A stretch of 64,000 bases of DNA from Dicyema japonicum (taxonomy: Eukaryota; Animalia; Dicyemida). Made by a program: the position numbers and the translations under genes. This document shows, one piece after another, positions 49,697-63,240 of this stretch. The notes beneath the pieces are model-generated. The model was given only the letters and a program-made list of their open reading frames with translations. It made no database searches and had not been told where the DNA came from. Numbering within the stretch: position 1 is the stretch's first letter; each line of letters opens with the position of its first letter. The stretch spans positions 242,193-306,192 of the forward strand of contig RDEW01000011.1 of NCBI GenBank assembly GCA_011109175.1, in the 5' to 3' direction.

Positions 49697-49889
49697 TTGA
49701 GATAGTCTACTTTATGCGTCAATCAATTTAAATTTATTTAAAATTAATAAGACAAAATTAAATAATCTTAATTTAATATTGCAACTATTATTCCTCTTTC
49801 TCTTAGCAAAGTTAACTTCTAACCGAAAGAAGACACAGCTTCATTCAGGCCTATTTCTCTCTTATTTTTTTAAGCACTCCCGGGAAATC

Positions 49890-52518
49890 AAAATTAATTA
49901 GATTAATTAAGTTCCCCTTGTGCCACGTCCAGTATCCTCCCACTCATCCTCTTCCATGTTCCTTTGTTCCGGGCCATTGCTCGTAGTGAGTAAAGATCTT
50001 CACCATTTCGTAGAGTTTTGTTTATTCGGATTAGGTCATCATTTAGTACTGAAGGCAACGTCACTCTAGGCCTGCCACGGAATGATCCCTTCAGTTGTGC
50101 GAAATAGTTCTCCATTGCAATGTTTGGTGGAGTCAACATATCCATTCGTAAGATGTGCCCGAAAAATCTCCACCTAGCCTTGAGAATCTCCTCTGATAAT
50201 GGCCTTAAGCCACATCTTTTGTACAGTTCTGAATTTGATATCTTTTTCGGGAAATGTATTCTCAAGATGTTTCTTAGTTGATTTCTATGAAATTGATCCA
50301 GATTGTCCATTTCCCGTTTCGTAATCCCCCATGTCCCACAGTTGTATGTCAGGACTGGAACCACGAATGTTTTTACAATTTTAGCTTTGTATTCGTAGTT
50401 ATGCTCTTCTTAGAACGCCAGATAGTTAAGAATTTTTTATATGCAGCAGTGGAAAGGATTTTTCTGTGGGTAACATCTTCTGAGTCTCCAAGTAGTGAAC
50501 CAACTTTTTTATGCCTTCTCCATGATTCATCGTAAGTGCGTACAACTCGTACAAGTTTTGTATATTCAGTTTTGTCTTGGTTGACAACTAAGAACCATTT
50601 AGAAAAGGCATTTGGTAAGTTCTTGAGAACGTGATGAAGAATTTCAACATCTTCAGAAACAAAGTCAAGATCGTCTGCATATATTAACTCGATTATTTTG
50701 TTGTTCTCAATTAAAGGCCTGAAATCTCTCAGTGCAGCCTCCAGGTAGATTATGAATAGAACTGGTGACAAAGAGTCTCCTTGCGGAATTCCACGTGAAG
50801 TATAAAAGAATTCTGAAGTAGTTTTTCCGAGTTTGGTTGCTAGTTGCGTATTCTGCAGTAGTTTTTGTATAATTTTGACATCATCCGTTGTTAGGAAGCT
50901 TGTGAGTACTTCAAGAAGTTTGCCTCTATGAACTGAGTCAAACGCTCTGGACGTGTCTATTCCGAGAACATCTATGCACTTTTTATATTTTTATAGCACT
51001 TGACCATCTGTGTGTCCAAATGACATCGGCAGTGGATCTGCCTCACCGGAAACCACTTTGTCCTGGTGACAGAAAATACTCCACCTTGTCTTTGATTTTT
51101 TCCAATGTAATGATTGACAAGATTTTTCGCAGCGTAGTTAGTAGGATGATTGGTCTTAGGTTGGAAAGGGGCCCTTTGGGTTTTCCCGGTTTTTGCAGTG
51201 GAATTAACCAACCCTTGCCAATGTCTAACGTAGTGTTTTCTTCAAATATTTTGTTGAGTATATTGGTAATGATTGTTACCAACTTCACTGGGGCATACTT
51301 TATAAGTTCGGCTGGGATATTCTCTGGTCCTGCCGATCTGTCATTTTTCAATTTTTTAATTGCATCCAGTGTTTCTTGTGTGTTTATTGGGATGTCCAAA
51401 CCATGCTTGACTTGTGCACCAAATTTATAGCCTATTTCGTTGTCCCAGTTGAGCATATGATAGTAATAAGCAGATATAGTAGCTGCTTTGTCCTTTTCAT
51501 CGATAATTATTCTGCCAAGGATGTCATTGATTATTATGGGGCTTGCACTCTTTTTCTTATTAATTAATTGAATAGCTTTGAACATTTTCACTCCATCTTT
51601 ATATTTTTCAATGTCTTCAATTTGTTTTTCTATTTCTTTAGCCGTTAGGGATTTCTGAGTTTGCTTGATTTTTAATAATGTTCGGTTTCGTTGTTGCCGA
51701 AGTTCCTTGGCCTTTTCTGGAGACCTTGAGTTTTCTATCTTCAATCTCAAGGCTTTCTGGTTTTCTGATAGGACGCAAATATCATGATTGTAAAATTTAC
51801 GGGGTTTTGTAATACTTCCCAACACATCACATGCTGTACCTTTTATCGACTTTGTGACTTTGTCCCAAATAATATGAACAGGTTTAGTTTCGTCGATATC
51901 ATTAAGTTCAAGATTTAGTTGATACGCATATTTCTGTTGAGTTGACTTGTCATGTAATAATTGGATATCATATTGCTCCTGCTTTTTATTGGAAGGTGTT
52001 TTCATTTGGTTATGGACTTTGTATAGTCCAATGCGAGATAACCACAATTTTATGATCACTATTTGTCTCTAATCCTCCATATGACCTGGAGTCTACGAGG
52101 AGATGTTTGTGACCTCGTCTGCATAGTATGTAGTCAATTTGATTATATATTTTTATGTAATTTCCTTGCAAATCCTTCCTAGTTCCAGTCCAAGTCGTCT
52201 TGTGTCTCGCTGGGTGACGGAATTCCGTATTGCACAAAAACAGATCCAAGGAAGTGCAAAAGTGGATTAATGCCATTCCAGGCGTGTTTCGCCGATTTCT
52301 TCCATGAGATCCAATACAAGTTTTTCCAGATCTGGCTTTTCCTGCTTTGGCATTCCAGTCCCCAGCAATTAAGCAAAAATATGAAGAACTGAGGGTGTTG
52401 TAAACCCTTATGAGGGCGGAGTAGAATTCTTCTAGTTCTTCTGGATTGGCAGATGCCCTGATTCCAGTCAGGGCGTATATGTTGATGATTGTCACTGTAG
52501 AGTTTGGTTTGCTTTTTA
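49890..52518 (-). mobile_element. RTE-clade LINE, nearly complete APE-RT ORF with frameshifts
   Basis: IINIYA, GDWNAK, NQIDYIL, SDH, NLRPIILL, QSGFR, DTSRAFDSV, GIPQGDSLSP, YADD, RWRFFGHILR, GRPR. Confidence 0.95.
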
Positions 52519-53482
52519 TGCTCACTGGACGTCCACAAAGCTTTCGACTCTGTGCTAAAGAAGAACCTAACATGGAAAATCTACCAATCAGATATCCCTG
52601 AAAACCTCAAACGCTGGCTGATGAACTTCCTTAGCAGACGAAGAGGTAGAGTGTCCATTAGAAACATTCCTTCTGTCTCCCGTTTATTTCCAAATGGAGT
52701 ATTCCAGGATTCGCCGCTATCACCATTAATATTCAACTTATTTACGGCTGACATTCCGACGCCGAATGGAGAAGACCTGATTCTGGCTTATGCAGACGAT
52801 ATCGTCTTAGCTTCACGGGATCAGATCACCCAAACAGCGACGGAAAGAATACAACACCACATGGATCGACCACTCTAGTGGTTTAATGAAAATCAGATGT
52901 CAATCAATACCGAAAAATCTGTTACAACTCTCTATACCTTGGTCAATAGAGGTTACTGCGAAGGGAAGAGAATTGCCGTTCAGCAAATGGCAAAAAATAT
53001 ATGACTTTCGATACGCACATGAATTTTTCGAGACATGTCACTAACGTGCTGAACAATTGTGAGAAGAAAATCAATTTTCTGAAATGCCTAACAGGTCTAT
53101 GGAAAATTAGACATCACCCTATACTTAAAACGCTCTACTCACAGTACACCGAACCATGCATTTCATATGCGTGCACTTCATGGGGACCACTGGCCTCTTA
53201 TACGAACATCCAGAAAATCTCCGCAACCCAGAAAAGGGCCTTCAAGCTAACGGAGAGATGGTACACAGGGGAAAACATTAAATCACCCACGCCCATGGAG
53301 AAACTAATCAAAAAACAAAGATGAACACCAATGCAAAAAGAATGTGCTCGTCCGCAACGAACTTGTGTAAGCTCTAGGGATCAACACTGAGAAAAGGTGA
53401 GAGCCTTGATCCAATTCATCGGGATCACTTAGTTTAGTTTTTTTCGGTTTAACAGTGGTCTTTGGAATTTATTTATTTTTTA
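52518..53482 (+). mobile_element. Ingi-like LINE, 5'-truncated
   Basis: LDVHKAFDSV, GVFQDSPLSP, YADD; ends ..FIGIT* plus 3' UTR. Confidence 0.88.
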
Positions 53483-53486
53483 ATTT

Positions 53487-53791
53487 AACTATGCCACGTG
53501 GAGCCAACGTTAGTGTGGTGCTATGCGGCTACTTGAATTGAAGATTTTTTGTTTGTTTATTTTGTTTTTCCTCTTTTTCCAATTTTGGCTCCAGGGAGCT
53601 TGAATTGTTGGCGTGCGTCATTTGGTTCGCCATCTCTGATGCGCCAGATATAATTCTAAATTATATACAAAAAGGACCATTGGTCAACATCCATCCAGAG
53701 GAGTTCCCCTGGACGGTACTTCTTTCAAGTCAGAGCATACATAGACTGCTGAGAGAGGCCGGAGTCACCTGATTTTTTTTATTCTGGCTAT
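53487..53791 (+). mobile_element. Short bipartite non-autonomous retroposon (RIME-like, Ingi-derived), copy 2
   Basis: Collinear with 9258-9597. Confidence 0.75.
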
Positions 53792-53819
53792 CCAAGTCAA
53801 TTTTAATGATTTTCCCTCA

Positions 53820-54990
53820 TTCAATGGGATATCATCGAAACTACTACATTCCATTTACATAAAATCCTGGACCGCATTGTCAAACCTTTTTACAGCTCCA
53901 TACAATGATATCACCTCCAAATCTGATTAATTATCTTCGTTCTCGAGTTCCTATAGAATCGAAATTATGCTTATTCAAGAGACTCACCTTTCACAGTCTA
54001 GAGCTTTTCTACACTCCTTACGGAACTGACCTTTATCAACCATGATCAACATTCACTTCCGATCGTCGATATCGCACTCCATCCTCGGGCAAGTTATTCA
54101 AAAGGCTACTTTCTCCAACTATCTAAGATGATTTCAATATCAAGAACCTTGTTTGGTTAACTTCCTTCCGTGTAGATTTAATGAACTGTATATACATTTT
54201 CTTTAGTATTCAATTGTTCTAAAAGATAGGATTAAGAGATTAAAACCTAGACAACTTCCAAAAGAGGTCAAACAGAACAAGTTCATGTTAAAAATAGATC
54301 ACAGCAAAAAAGGTTCCGAATTTCTGTGGACTTTTAAAGCCATTACCAGTTCCCAGCTAACTCTTGCACACTAAACGTCTCGGTGTGTAATAAACGAAAA
54401 TAGATTAAGTCATTTAAAGAACAAGCTGATTGCCTAATTAGTCACTATTCTAAGTCAGCTATATGAATATGAACAAGACCTTTGCCCTCAATAAATGCCA
54501 AATCAGAACATCATCGAGTTTCCAATTTCTTTGATATCACAGCGACTGTCAAAACTGTCAAACAATCTTCTATGCGGGCCAGATAAGCTCCGTGTTCTAG
54601 ATTTGAAAATTTTGATCAATTTGAAATACGAGCTCTGATATTTCCAATTTATCCTTTAACTCCGTCGTTATTTAGTGATATAGAAGCTGTCGACCATCGT
54701 TACTACCCTGAAGCCAAATAAGAATCTGTGGCTGGAGTCTTATTTTCGATTTCTATCATTTGTGTTTACTCCAAAATTCTAGAACGTTTTGTGCTCACAC
54801 CTATTTATTCGTGCCTCAATACGTCAAAAAAATCATTTACTCTCCCCACTTCACTGGAGGGGTTTCCACAACTGCAAGTAATGACATCATGCTGATTCCG
54901 GATGACTCTGTTTCTGTAGAAGTGGAAACTAGATACACTTAAATAGTTGTTTACTTTAACTTCTTTCTCGGTGTATCCGGTTAATATTAA
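53820..54990 (+). mobile_element. Highly degraded Ingi-like LINE
   Basis: NPGP at about 53863, IQETHL, SDHLP-like and LKPNK motifs; LINE-type 3' end at 54920-54990. Confidence 0.5.
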
Positions 54991-56059
54991 TTAATTCGAT
55001 TGGGTGTTCATAATTGATCGATACTATATTTTTCAATGTTTGTTCTCGCTAGTTTTGTCCCACAAACTACGCAACCATAGCTGATGTTTGGCTTGACGTA
55101 CAGAGTCGAACATTAATTTACATCCAAAAATGAGCTTTCTGTGATCGTGATATTATACGGTATAAGGCTTATATCATCGAAAAACCATGATAATATGCAC
55201 GTTTGTGTTAAAAATTTAATTTTATTGCGAATAAATAAAAAGCAAAATAGCATTCTCTTAAAAAATAGCAAAAAATTGAAGTTTATTTAAAAAGATAACT
55301 AAAATAATTATTAAATGCACATCTATCATTTCTAAAATTTTATGAATTTTTATTAAATATCATTTTATGACAGTTGATTGTGCTAGATATGAGAGTTCAA
55401 CTCTAAATAAATAATTTTCTATTTTGTTGTATAATACACAAATAGTTCAACCGTTAAAATAAATGAATTTATTGATTTTTATTGTTTCAGGATCGCTGGT
55501 TTAAGATAGAAAATGGAATACTTTTAGCATAGATGGCCATCTAGTGCTGGTCTTTTGATTGGCATGTTGTCAGCTCATATGTTGGGAAGTTTTCTAGTAT
55601 CTGATGAGAATTTTGTAGATAGGGCTGCTTGGAAGGTTGACCGTCCTTAAGAGTTTTCGTTGTAGATAAAGCAGTTTGGAAAAAATACTTCAACATCTTA
55701 CTTAGTCTAATAATATGAGACATGGTCCAATTCAAAATATGTGATTTTTAGTTTGTTCGATAAAAAAACAAATAACTAGTTCAACCGTAAGAATAAATGA
55801 AATTAATGATTGCTAAATAATGCGATATTTTAGACTAACTGTCAGTTCAAATTTTAAAAATGAGTTAATTTGCTTAAATTTTTTTTATACCCACGTGACA
55901 TAATGAATTTATTTATTTACTTCTAGTCTCTTCAAGTGAAGGAAAAAATATTATGAAAGCAAAAAAAATTAATTTAATTTTATTAACAATGAGAAATAAG
56001 TCACTATCAAACGACTAATTAAGTGTATTTAGTTTCCAAGGTCAAACCCGAGGATTTTT

Positions 56060-56260
56060 TGTTTGTTCCGCTCGCGGTTGAAACGTCTAGTTCCCTTGCT
56101 CTTGCGACGTTGGAATTCTTGAGTCGTCTTGGGAATCAGATTTCTGCACGAATAGGAGATTCCTGTGAGCGCTGCTCCCCATCCTGACCTTCTCAATAGC
56201 CACGCAGTCAGGGCGGCAGCTGTATGACTTTTTTGTTTATTTTATTTTTTAACAATAAAT
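56060..56260 (+). mobile_element. CRE-clade 3' end
   Basis: FVPLAVETS..TLEFLSRLGNQI..NSHAVRAA, homologous to 34513-34700. Confidence 0.75.
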
Positions 56261-57828
56261 AAGAATTAACGTTTCCAAAAATCTTTCCAAGCACGAGTCG
56301 AGTCGATTCAAAATTATAGTTGTTGGAACTTCTCCAAGAAATGATCCATGGGAAGGGTAAATGATTTTTTGTATCTTCAACGCACTTTCTGATACAGATT
56401 GATTACATGACGCTGATCATAAAAAAGTGGACAAACATAAGAAAAGAACTATCGACAAGTAACCAGCGGGGGATTCAGACTCAGAACTATTGCTACAGGC
56501 ATGACTTGTAACTAATGACTAGTGCAGGTGTAAGATAAATGAATACTTGGTCGAAGGTTTCTCTATTTCTCTTATTCATTATGTTCTTTTGTTTTACTAT
56601 AGGCATATGATCCACCTGTCTCAGCTGGCGCCCATTGTTATGGTGGCGCGAAAAGGGATCGTTTGATTTCACTCACTTTACTGCAGTGGTTTCCATAACT
56701 ACAAGGAATGGACGATTTCTCAGATATAGGAAGATCTCTACTCCTATTAGCGTGTTAACTGGGTACATTTAATTAGTTGTTGACTATTAATTCTTTCTGA
56801 GTGTATTTAATGCCCCCTAGCTTACAATCTTTGGTAAGTCCAGCACAAACAGTCACAACAAATTAATCCAAATCCATCCTCCAATAGTCCATTACAGGCT
56901 TCCGTTTCCGAAAAGAGGTAGAGAAGTAGATCCCCCCTCTTCCATTTTCATCACACGTCCTACCATCGGGGAAATCACTTCATTCTTTAACGGAAGAATT
57001 TTCATAATGTTAATCTTCACAATTGGATTTGGTCTCAGTGTATTTGGAGCAATGTCCCCCTGTAGTCGAAACTGATTTGCTTCTAATGTCAATCAGCTAG
57101 TTTTTAATAATTTACAATTTATTGTTTTCTTGCTACATTGTTAATGCTCATCGTCATTGATCACTAATTTGCTAATGACATATCCATTGTCCAAAACGTT
57201 AACTATTGATCACAGAAGCAGAGACCTTCAATATCACACAAGTTTATCCATAACCAGCAAAAGTGGAAGTAAACGCCCCTCCAATTGAACGTGGAAAATC
57301 AAATGATCTTTTTTCTTCCACTCTAACATTGGAACCACCTAGACTGGTGGACGCAGGAAGATAAGGAACAGGAAAGGAAAAGAAATCTACGATCAAATTG
57401 CCAATGGAGAAATCAGTTGATATCACATCCGAACCACTAAGCTATCCAGTATGAGAGTCAACAAGTGATCACAGTAGACATCATCAGGATCGAGAGGTTT
57501 TTATGTGCTCCTCCATAGTTCCCACAGCTTTTCTGAATCCACGGCTAAATCATATCAATTATAGGATCCATTTCAAAAATACAAATAATTAAAAGTAGCT
57601 GTTGTTTATACTGTCAATTTGTAAACAATGTAGGTATTAATTAGCATTATTTTTCCTAAATAAACGTCACATATGGAAAGTGTCAATTATATGTACTTAA
57701 TTTATCTAGTTTTATAAATACTAACAATTAATGGGTTAAGTATTTTGAGACAATAATTCATTAATTAAACACTTAGAATTTTACAGGATTTAGGTTTTTA
57801 AGCAAATTAAATAAAACCATTGCAAGAG

Positions 57829-58619
57829 TTACTTTTCGTCATCTTTATCGGCTACTTCGTCATTAGTGAAGCTTTTCTGTTGATTATAAAGGTAGTTCAA
57901 ATAATAATTGTAGTACATCAAGTCAGTCATAAACGACGGGTTAAAATTATTCACATAATAACAGTTTTGAACAGGATTGAGGTTCGGCCTTGTGATATCT
58001 TCAATGGACCATATTTTTAGTTTTTTGTCCGTGCACATGTTGCTATCTACAATGCAACCAATTCTGCAAACTTTCTGTGCTATCTGTAGGAGCGAGACCT
58101 TCCTTTTTGATTATATTGGGAAACTTTTCATTTTTTTCTCTTTTTTCAGTCGTCTCCTTGCATTAGCAAACCACGTGGAAACCTAAAACTTCATATAATA
58201 AGAACTTGAATTAACGACATGTTGGAAGCGAGGCCAAGCATTATTTTTTCGTTTTTCGTTGGGTAAGGATTGTAGGAATGAGAATTTAGCCATTCTTTAA
58301 GGATTCCGGTTGTTTCCTTAGCAGAAGAACGTTTTCGCAGAAAATTATTATATCCAAGAAACTTAATAAAATCGTAGTAATACTTTATATCAAAGCAACT
58401 TTGGATATTAGAGTTGTTTGATTCGACCTCATTGAATTCAATGTTACTCGTATTTGGGACTAAGGCATAAATCTAGTTCAATACAATATTTTGGAACATT
58501 TGCTTTAAATACTGCTGATTATTAAAATAATGTTCATTTGATGACTTTGGTTCGTTATCCGAGTCCTTGAACTTAGAACATCATTGTGGAAACATAATAT
58601 TTTAAATACAAACCTTCAT
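57829..58619 (-). CDS. Irx: Iroquois-family TALE homeobox protein (5' exons uncertain)
   Basis: KETTGILKEWLNSHSYNPYPTKNEKIMLGLASNMSLIQ|VSTWFANARRRLKKE plus IRO-box-like KLKIWSIED; introns 58183-58205 (23 nt), 58099-58124 (26), 58047-58071 (25). Confidence 0.92.
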
Positions 58620-61600
58620 GTAAAACGTCAAGCTAAAAGAATTTTTAAATAATAAGTTGGCGTCAATCATTTAATTTGATTGCTTTTCTCTTTTTTAGCG
58701 TCAAAATAGAAATCGATGATATTAATTTACCGCTCAAACAATGAAATTTTACAAAATTTTACTAAATACTGAATAAAATAATTTAAATCAAAAAATAATA
58801 TATGGACGTTTATATTTTTTAAGTCAAATAATATTTTGACATCCACAATAACAGGTGATCGTTAGTGAATACTTTGATTTGCATAACAATGTGTAAACAA
58901 TTGACATTTGGACTGCTGTCTGTGGACAAATTAATACAAAACACCAATGCATATAATTTATTTAATTGTGGGCAATTTAAATGTCTGAATCAACAATGCA
59001 GTGAAATTTATGCTTATATCACCAAGGTCTTTGTCTCCTTCAGTGTCTTCATGTTTGACCTTAGATCACCACTGAGAATTTCAGTTAGTCTCGTATCTGG
59101 ACATTTACGGAATTTTCCCAGATGCTGCGCATTAGTCAATGTTCCAGATAACACATTTTTTACATATAAAACGTATCACTTGAAAGATTTTGGTGGACAA
59201 TTATAATATTGATTTCACATTTTTGGTGAAAAATATTATTTCAATGTTACCATTTATTGACATCGAAGGCAATAACAATCTTATCGAAAGGTATACTTAA
59301 GATTTACCATCAAAGCTTAGAACGCACTTTATTTATATTTCATAATTTTAGATATGTAAAATTATTTTTTAACGCCCAAATTATCAATTTGATACAAACA
59401 TAACCGGCCTTTCGTCATTTTAATAGTCCATGTTCTTGAGAGAGTTTTGCTGTGTTCCATTGGTGAGAGTGAAGCGAACCTTTCAAAATATCCTCTATTG
59501 TGAACCCCTCCTCAATTGGAGTAGGAAAGAGAAGGAACCTTTTTGGATGCCGGTCAGATATTGCGCGTCTCCTGATTTGGATAGATCCATGACGAGTCAA
59601 AATTTAAAAAATTTAGAAAGCAAATGGCAAAAAAGTTGTGTCTTGTTGACTGCACATGCGGGCCATGACCCTTGGTCCTGCAAAAGTGCGGTATTACTAG
59701 ATTTATGTTTATCCCTGAATTTCCGATGTCTATTTTTGGCATAGACATAAAATACGTTCTGATAATTAACTAACTATCCCCGCTGACATAAGTGACGTGA
59801 TTCGCCTCTCACGAGTAACTTGAGGAGCTACTGATTTCACGGAGTTTTCAATTTTTGACTAGATAGTATTGAACCCGGATCCTAAGTGCATCGACACTTT
59901 CTTTGCTCAGAATTTAGATGCCTTCCGAGTCCATCACCTCGGCCATTGTTACGAGGAAAAAAAATATGAACTTCCACCAATTATGAAGCGAAATAGACAC
60001 TCAGTGCAATCGAGGTACGTCACCGCCTATCTCGATGTTAAAATTTAGTGTGCGATCATTGCAAGAAAAGTTAAAAAACCGTTGACTATTTGGCGACTAG
60101 AAGTGGTAAAATGTTAAACAACGATTACTTAATAAAACATAATGGGGTCATCAGATGCATCCTTTGCATCAATACAGGAAGTATTGAATCAGGAAGCCGA
60201 AGAGACTAAACTCAGTCTACAATATCTAACCAAGACGCTGAATCCGCGACGATACATCTATCTTACAGATAACAAAATAGGCATGGGATTAAGTCCCCAA
60301 GGATGAATTCATCAATAAATATGTGGAACTAATGTGATTATTATGAAGACGCTACATGGTTAGAAGTGACTGATTTATATAAGGAAAGAGCGAATATTGA
60401 TCTCCAGTTAACTCTGCAAGAAAAAGAAAAATGATTTCAATAGTCAGGGTATATGGATAATGTTTAAAATTTAGTTTAATTTTTGAAGACGCGGAGACAA
60501 GGAGAGGTCGAAAATCCGAAAGTACTAATCACTCAGGGATAACTTCCATTTCATTCCAATTGTGATGGCGACTTGCGTGGCCGAGAGAGAAGACGGACGT
60601 ATTTCTCTCCAATATCTTACAAGGGTTGCTTGTGAAGGACTCCTGGTTGTGGCAGAGGCTCGAAATGGCGGTGATCATAAGGAACGCCTTTGAAATCCTG
60701 TCCTCTTAACTTAGTCTTTAATTTTTTTCTTTTTAGTGAAAATTTTGTGTTAAAAAAATTTAATCATTAATAGTGTCTAATGGATGTCTTAATGGCAATC
60801 ATAAAGTGTCATCGCTGTCTGACCCTTTTCGAGACATCTATTGACATTCATTATTATGGAATAAGAGCACTAAAACATCTCTTAAGGAGGAGTTTGTGAA
60901 TACAGTTCTTACTTATGTAAGTTTTCATTACATAAATTTTTGCGGATGTTTTAGTATAAATTTTTAATAGTGTGTCTTGCCTGGGCGTAGCAATAGGCAA
61001 TATGGCTTTCTAGAAAAGTGCGGGTTTTTTACTATAAATTTCACTTTAATTTTGTTATCTGAACTCAATCGTAATTTTTGTTTTAAATATATTTTCAGTC
61101 CACAAGCGAGACAGTTAGAATGTAGAGTTCCGTGGCTTTTAGAGTGTCAATTTTTCAAGTTCAAGAACCCACTTACCACCTCAACAAAAAAGGATTCATC
61201 CTTTCCTGCAAGAGTAGCACCGGGTAGATTCCCAGACACATCACCCTCAACAAGATCATAAACGTGGTCTGGAGTCAGCTGGGTTTCTGTCTCTGATAAA
61301 ACCTCTGGAATAAAAAGAGACATAAGATGACATTTTTCGAAATTTCACATAGATCTCTCATTTGGGACGCAACAACTCATCTACCGGTTCAAGTTTCACA
61401 TTTTCTACTCATTTTGACTGCCAAAATGCCGACTCTCCCGAACAAAGGAAATTGAAGTCGTCAAAACTCGGAGATCGCTTCCGTTTCATCCTAATTGCCT
61501 TAGAAAGCGGTTGGAAAAATTAGTAAAGGAGTTATCAATGAAATTAGAAATGAAATCACAACGCGAATCAGAGACCCCCAAACGGAGATAATTCTCTCAG

Positions 61601-61871
61601 TTCTTTGTAATCGTCATCATCCACCGCAATCCTCATAGTCTCATGGCAGTTGGACCCTGATTTGCTTCTTTTGTTTATTAATGCTCAAATTTCAAAAAAC
61701 GAAAAAAGCGAGGGAAATAATTCTTAAAAACCTCAGTACCACGTGCTAGCTTTAACATATGTTATGTCGACCACTATATTAGTGGATTATATATCGACAG
61801 ATGCTACAAGCTAATTATTTTAATATTCAAGGTTGCACATGGCGGAATGGTAAAAAAGAGAGACTTTAAGG

Positions 61872-62802
61872 AAGAGGTTGTCAAACGGTGTGCCGCCGAG
61901 ACAATTTCTAGTGTGCCGCCTGCCAAATACAAAATTTGAATAAATTTATATACATTTTTGAACTAATTAATTTAAAAAGATAAACGAATTAAAATAATTA
62001 CTAAAATTAAAATAATCATTTTTATTATACATTAAATGACATTTACATTGGTTAACCATTATTTATTAATTTTTTAATAACGTGCGCATCAACGTGCTTA
62101 TGGGTAAATCAGTTCGTCGTTCTTATAAAGATTCTTATTTGTCATTTGGATTTATATGCAAAGATAAAAATAAATTACCTCAATGTCTTAATTTGCATGG
62201 AAGTTTTGGCAAGTGATGATATGGTTCCTAGCAAACTAAAGAGACATTTTACTTCCAAGCATCAGGACTATTCCGAAAAATCTGTGGATTATTTTATCCA
62301 TTTGAAAAAAACAACTTAAGTATTATTTAGTTTTACTAAGAATCGTAGATCTGATGTTCAGTGAAACTTTTTTAAACACAAAGGAATCATTGAAATGTTC
62401 ATACCTGATCTTCAGAAGTGATAGCAAAACAACTAAAACCTCACATTATTGGCGAAAACTTGATAATCCCCGCTTGTCGTATTATTGCTTGGACTATGTT
62501 TGGTCATAAATGTTAACAAAAATAATGAAGATACTTTTGTCAGATAATACTGTTTCTCGTCGGATTTTTGCTGAAATGCGAGTGCCTTTGTCAACCATTC
62601 GACCTGATATTGATGATATATGCAAAAACAATAATAATTAAGAATTCATTTTTTTTATTAATAAAAATTTGGGCATTAAATTACCAATTTTTGTACTTAG
62701 TTTTACACATCTTAAAAAATTTATTTTTTTTATTTTTAATGTGTGTCGTGGATTATTTTTTTACGATTAGTGTGCGCGAGAATTATTTTTTGAAAAGCTC
62801 TG
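61872..62802 (+). mobile_element. Non-autonomous Buster-type hAT
   Basis: Perfect 8-bp TSD CTTTAAGG; BED finger PQCLICMEVL..PSKLKRHF..KH; KPHIIGENLIIPAC..LSDNTVSRRI. Confidence 0.92.
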
Positions 62803-63079
62803 CTTTAAGGTAATCATTATAATCGTGCTGTGCACATTGGGGGTAATTTTTTTTCTTGCCAGCAAAATAAACCATCAGTTGATATTAAGCAAAATCAAGA
62901 ATTTTTCAATCAGTGATGTTTTTATATTGGACTTGGATGTCTTGGACTAGCGTTGGTGTCCTCATTTGGTATCCTAGTTTTTCAGATTACCAAGAATCTG
63001 ATGAACAATTCAAAAGGAAGATGGTTTTGACATTTTTGCGATAAACGTGAAATTTTAATTATTTTAATCAATTAATGAA

Positions 63080-63240
63080 ATAACAGCCCTTTCACGAGAT
63101 CCAAAATATTCGCTGATGACAGCGTCACTCGTAAAACCCGGAAGAATCGTTGATGTGTGGACCTTCAGCTGAAATATCACTCGTCAACCAGAAGCACAGT
63201 AGATGCGTGGAACCTTCAGCGAGATTCGAATCCGGAACCA
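63080..63240 (-). mobile_element. tRNA-derived SINE partial copy with internal duplication
   Basis: B box ggattcgaatctc, then gctgaagg(t)tccac.catc twice. Confidence 0.6.

Noticed and set aside
61100-61650. Degenerate minus-strand gene with a 27-nt intron-like segment
   Set aside because: Multiple stops and no recognisable product.
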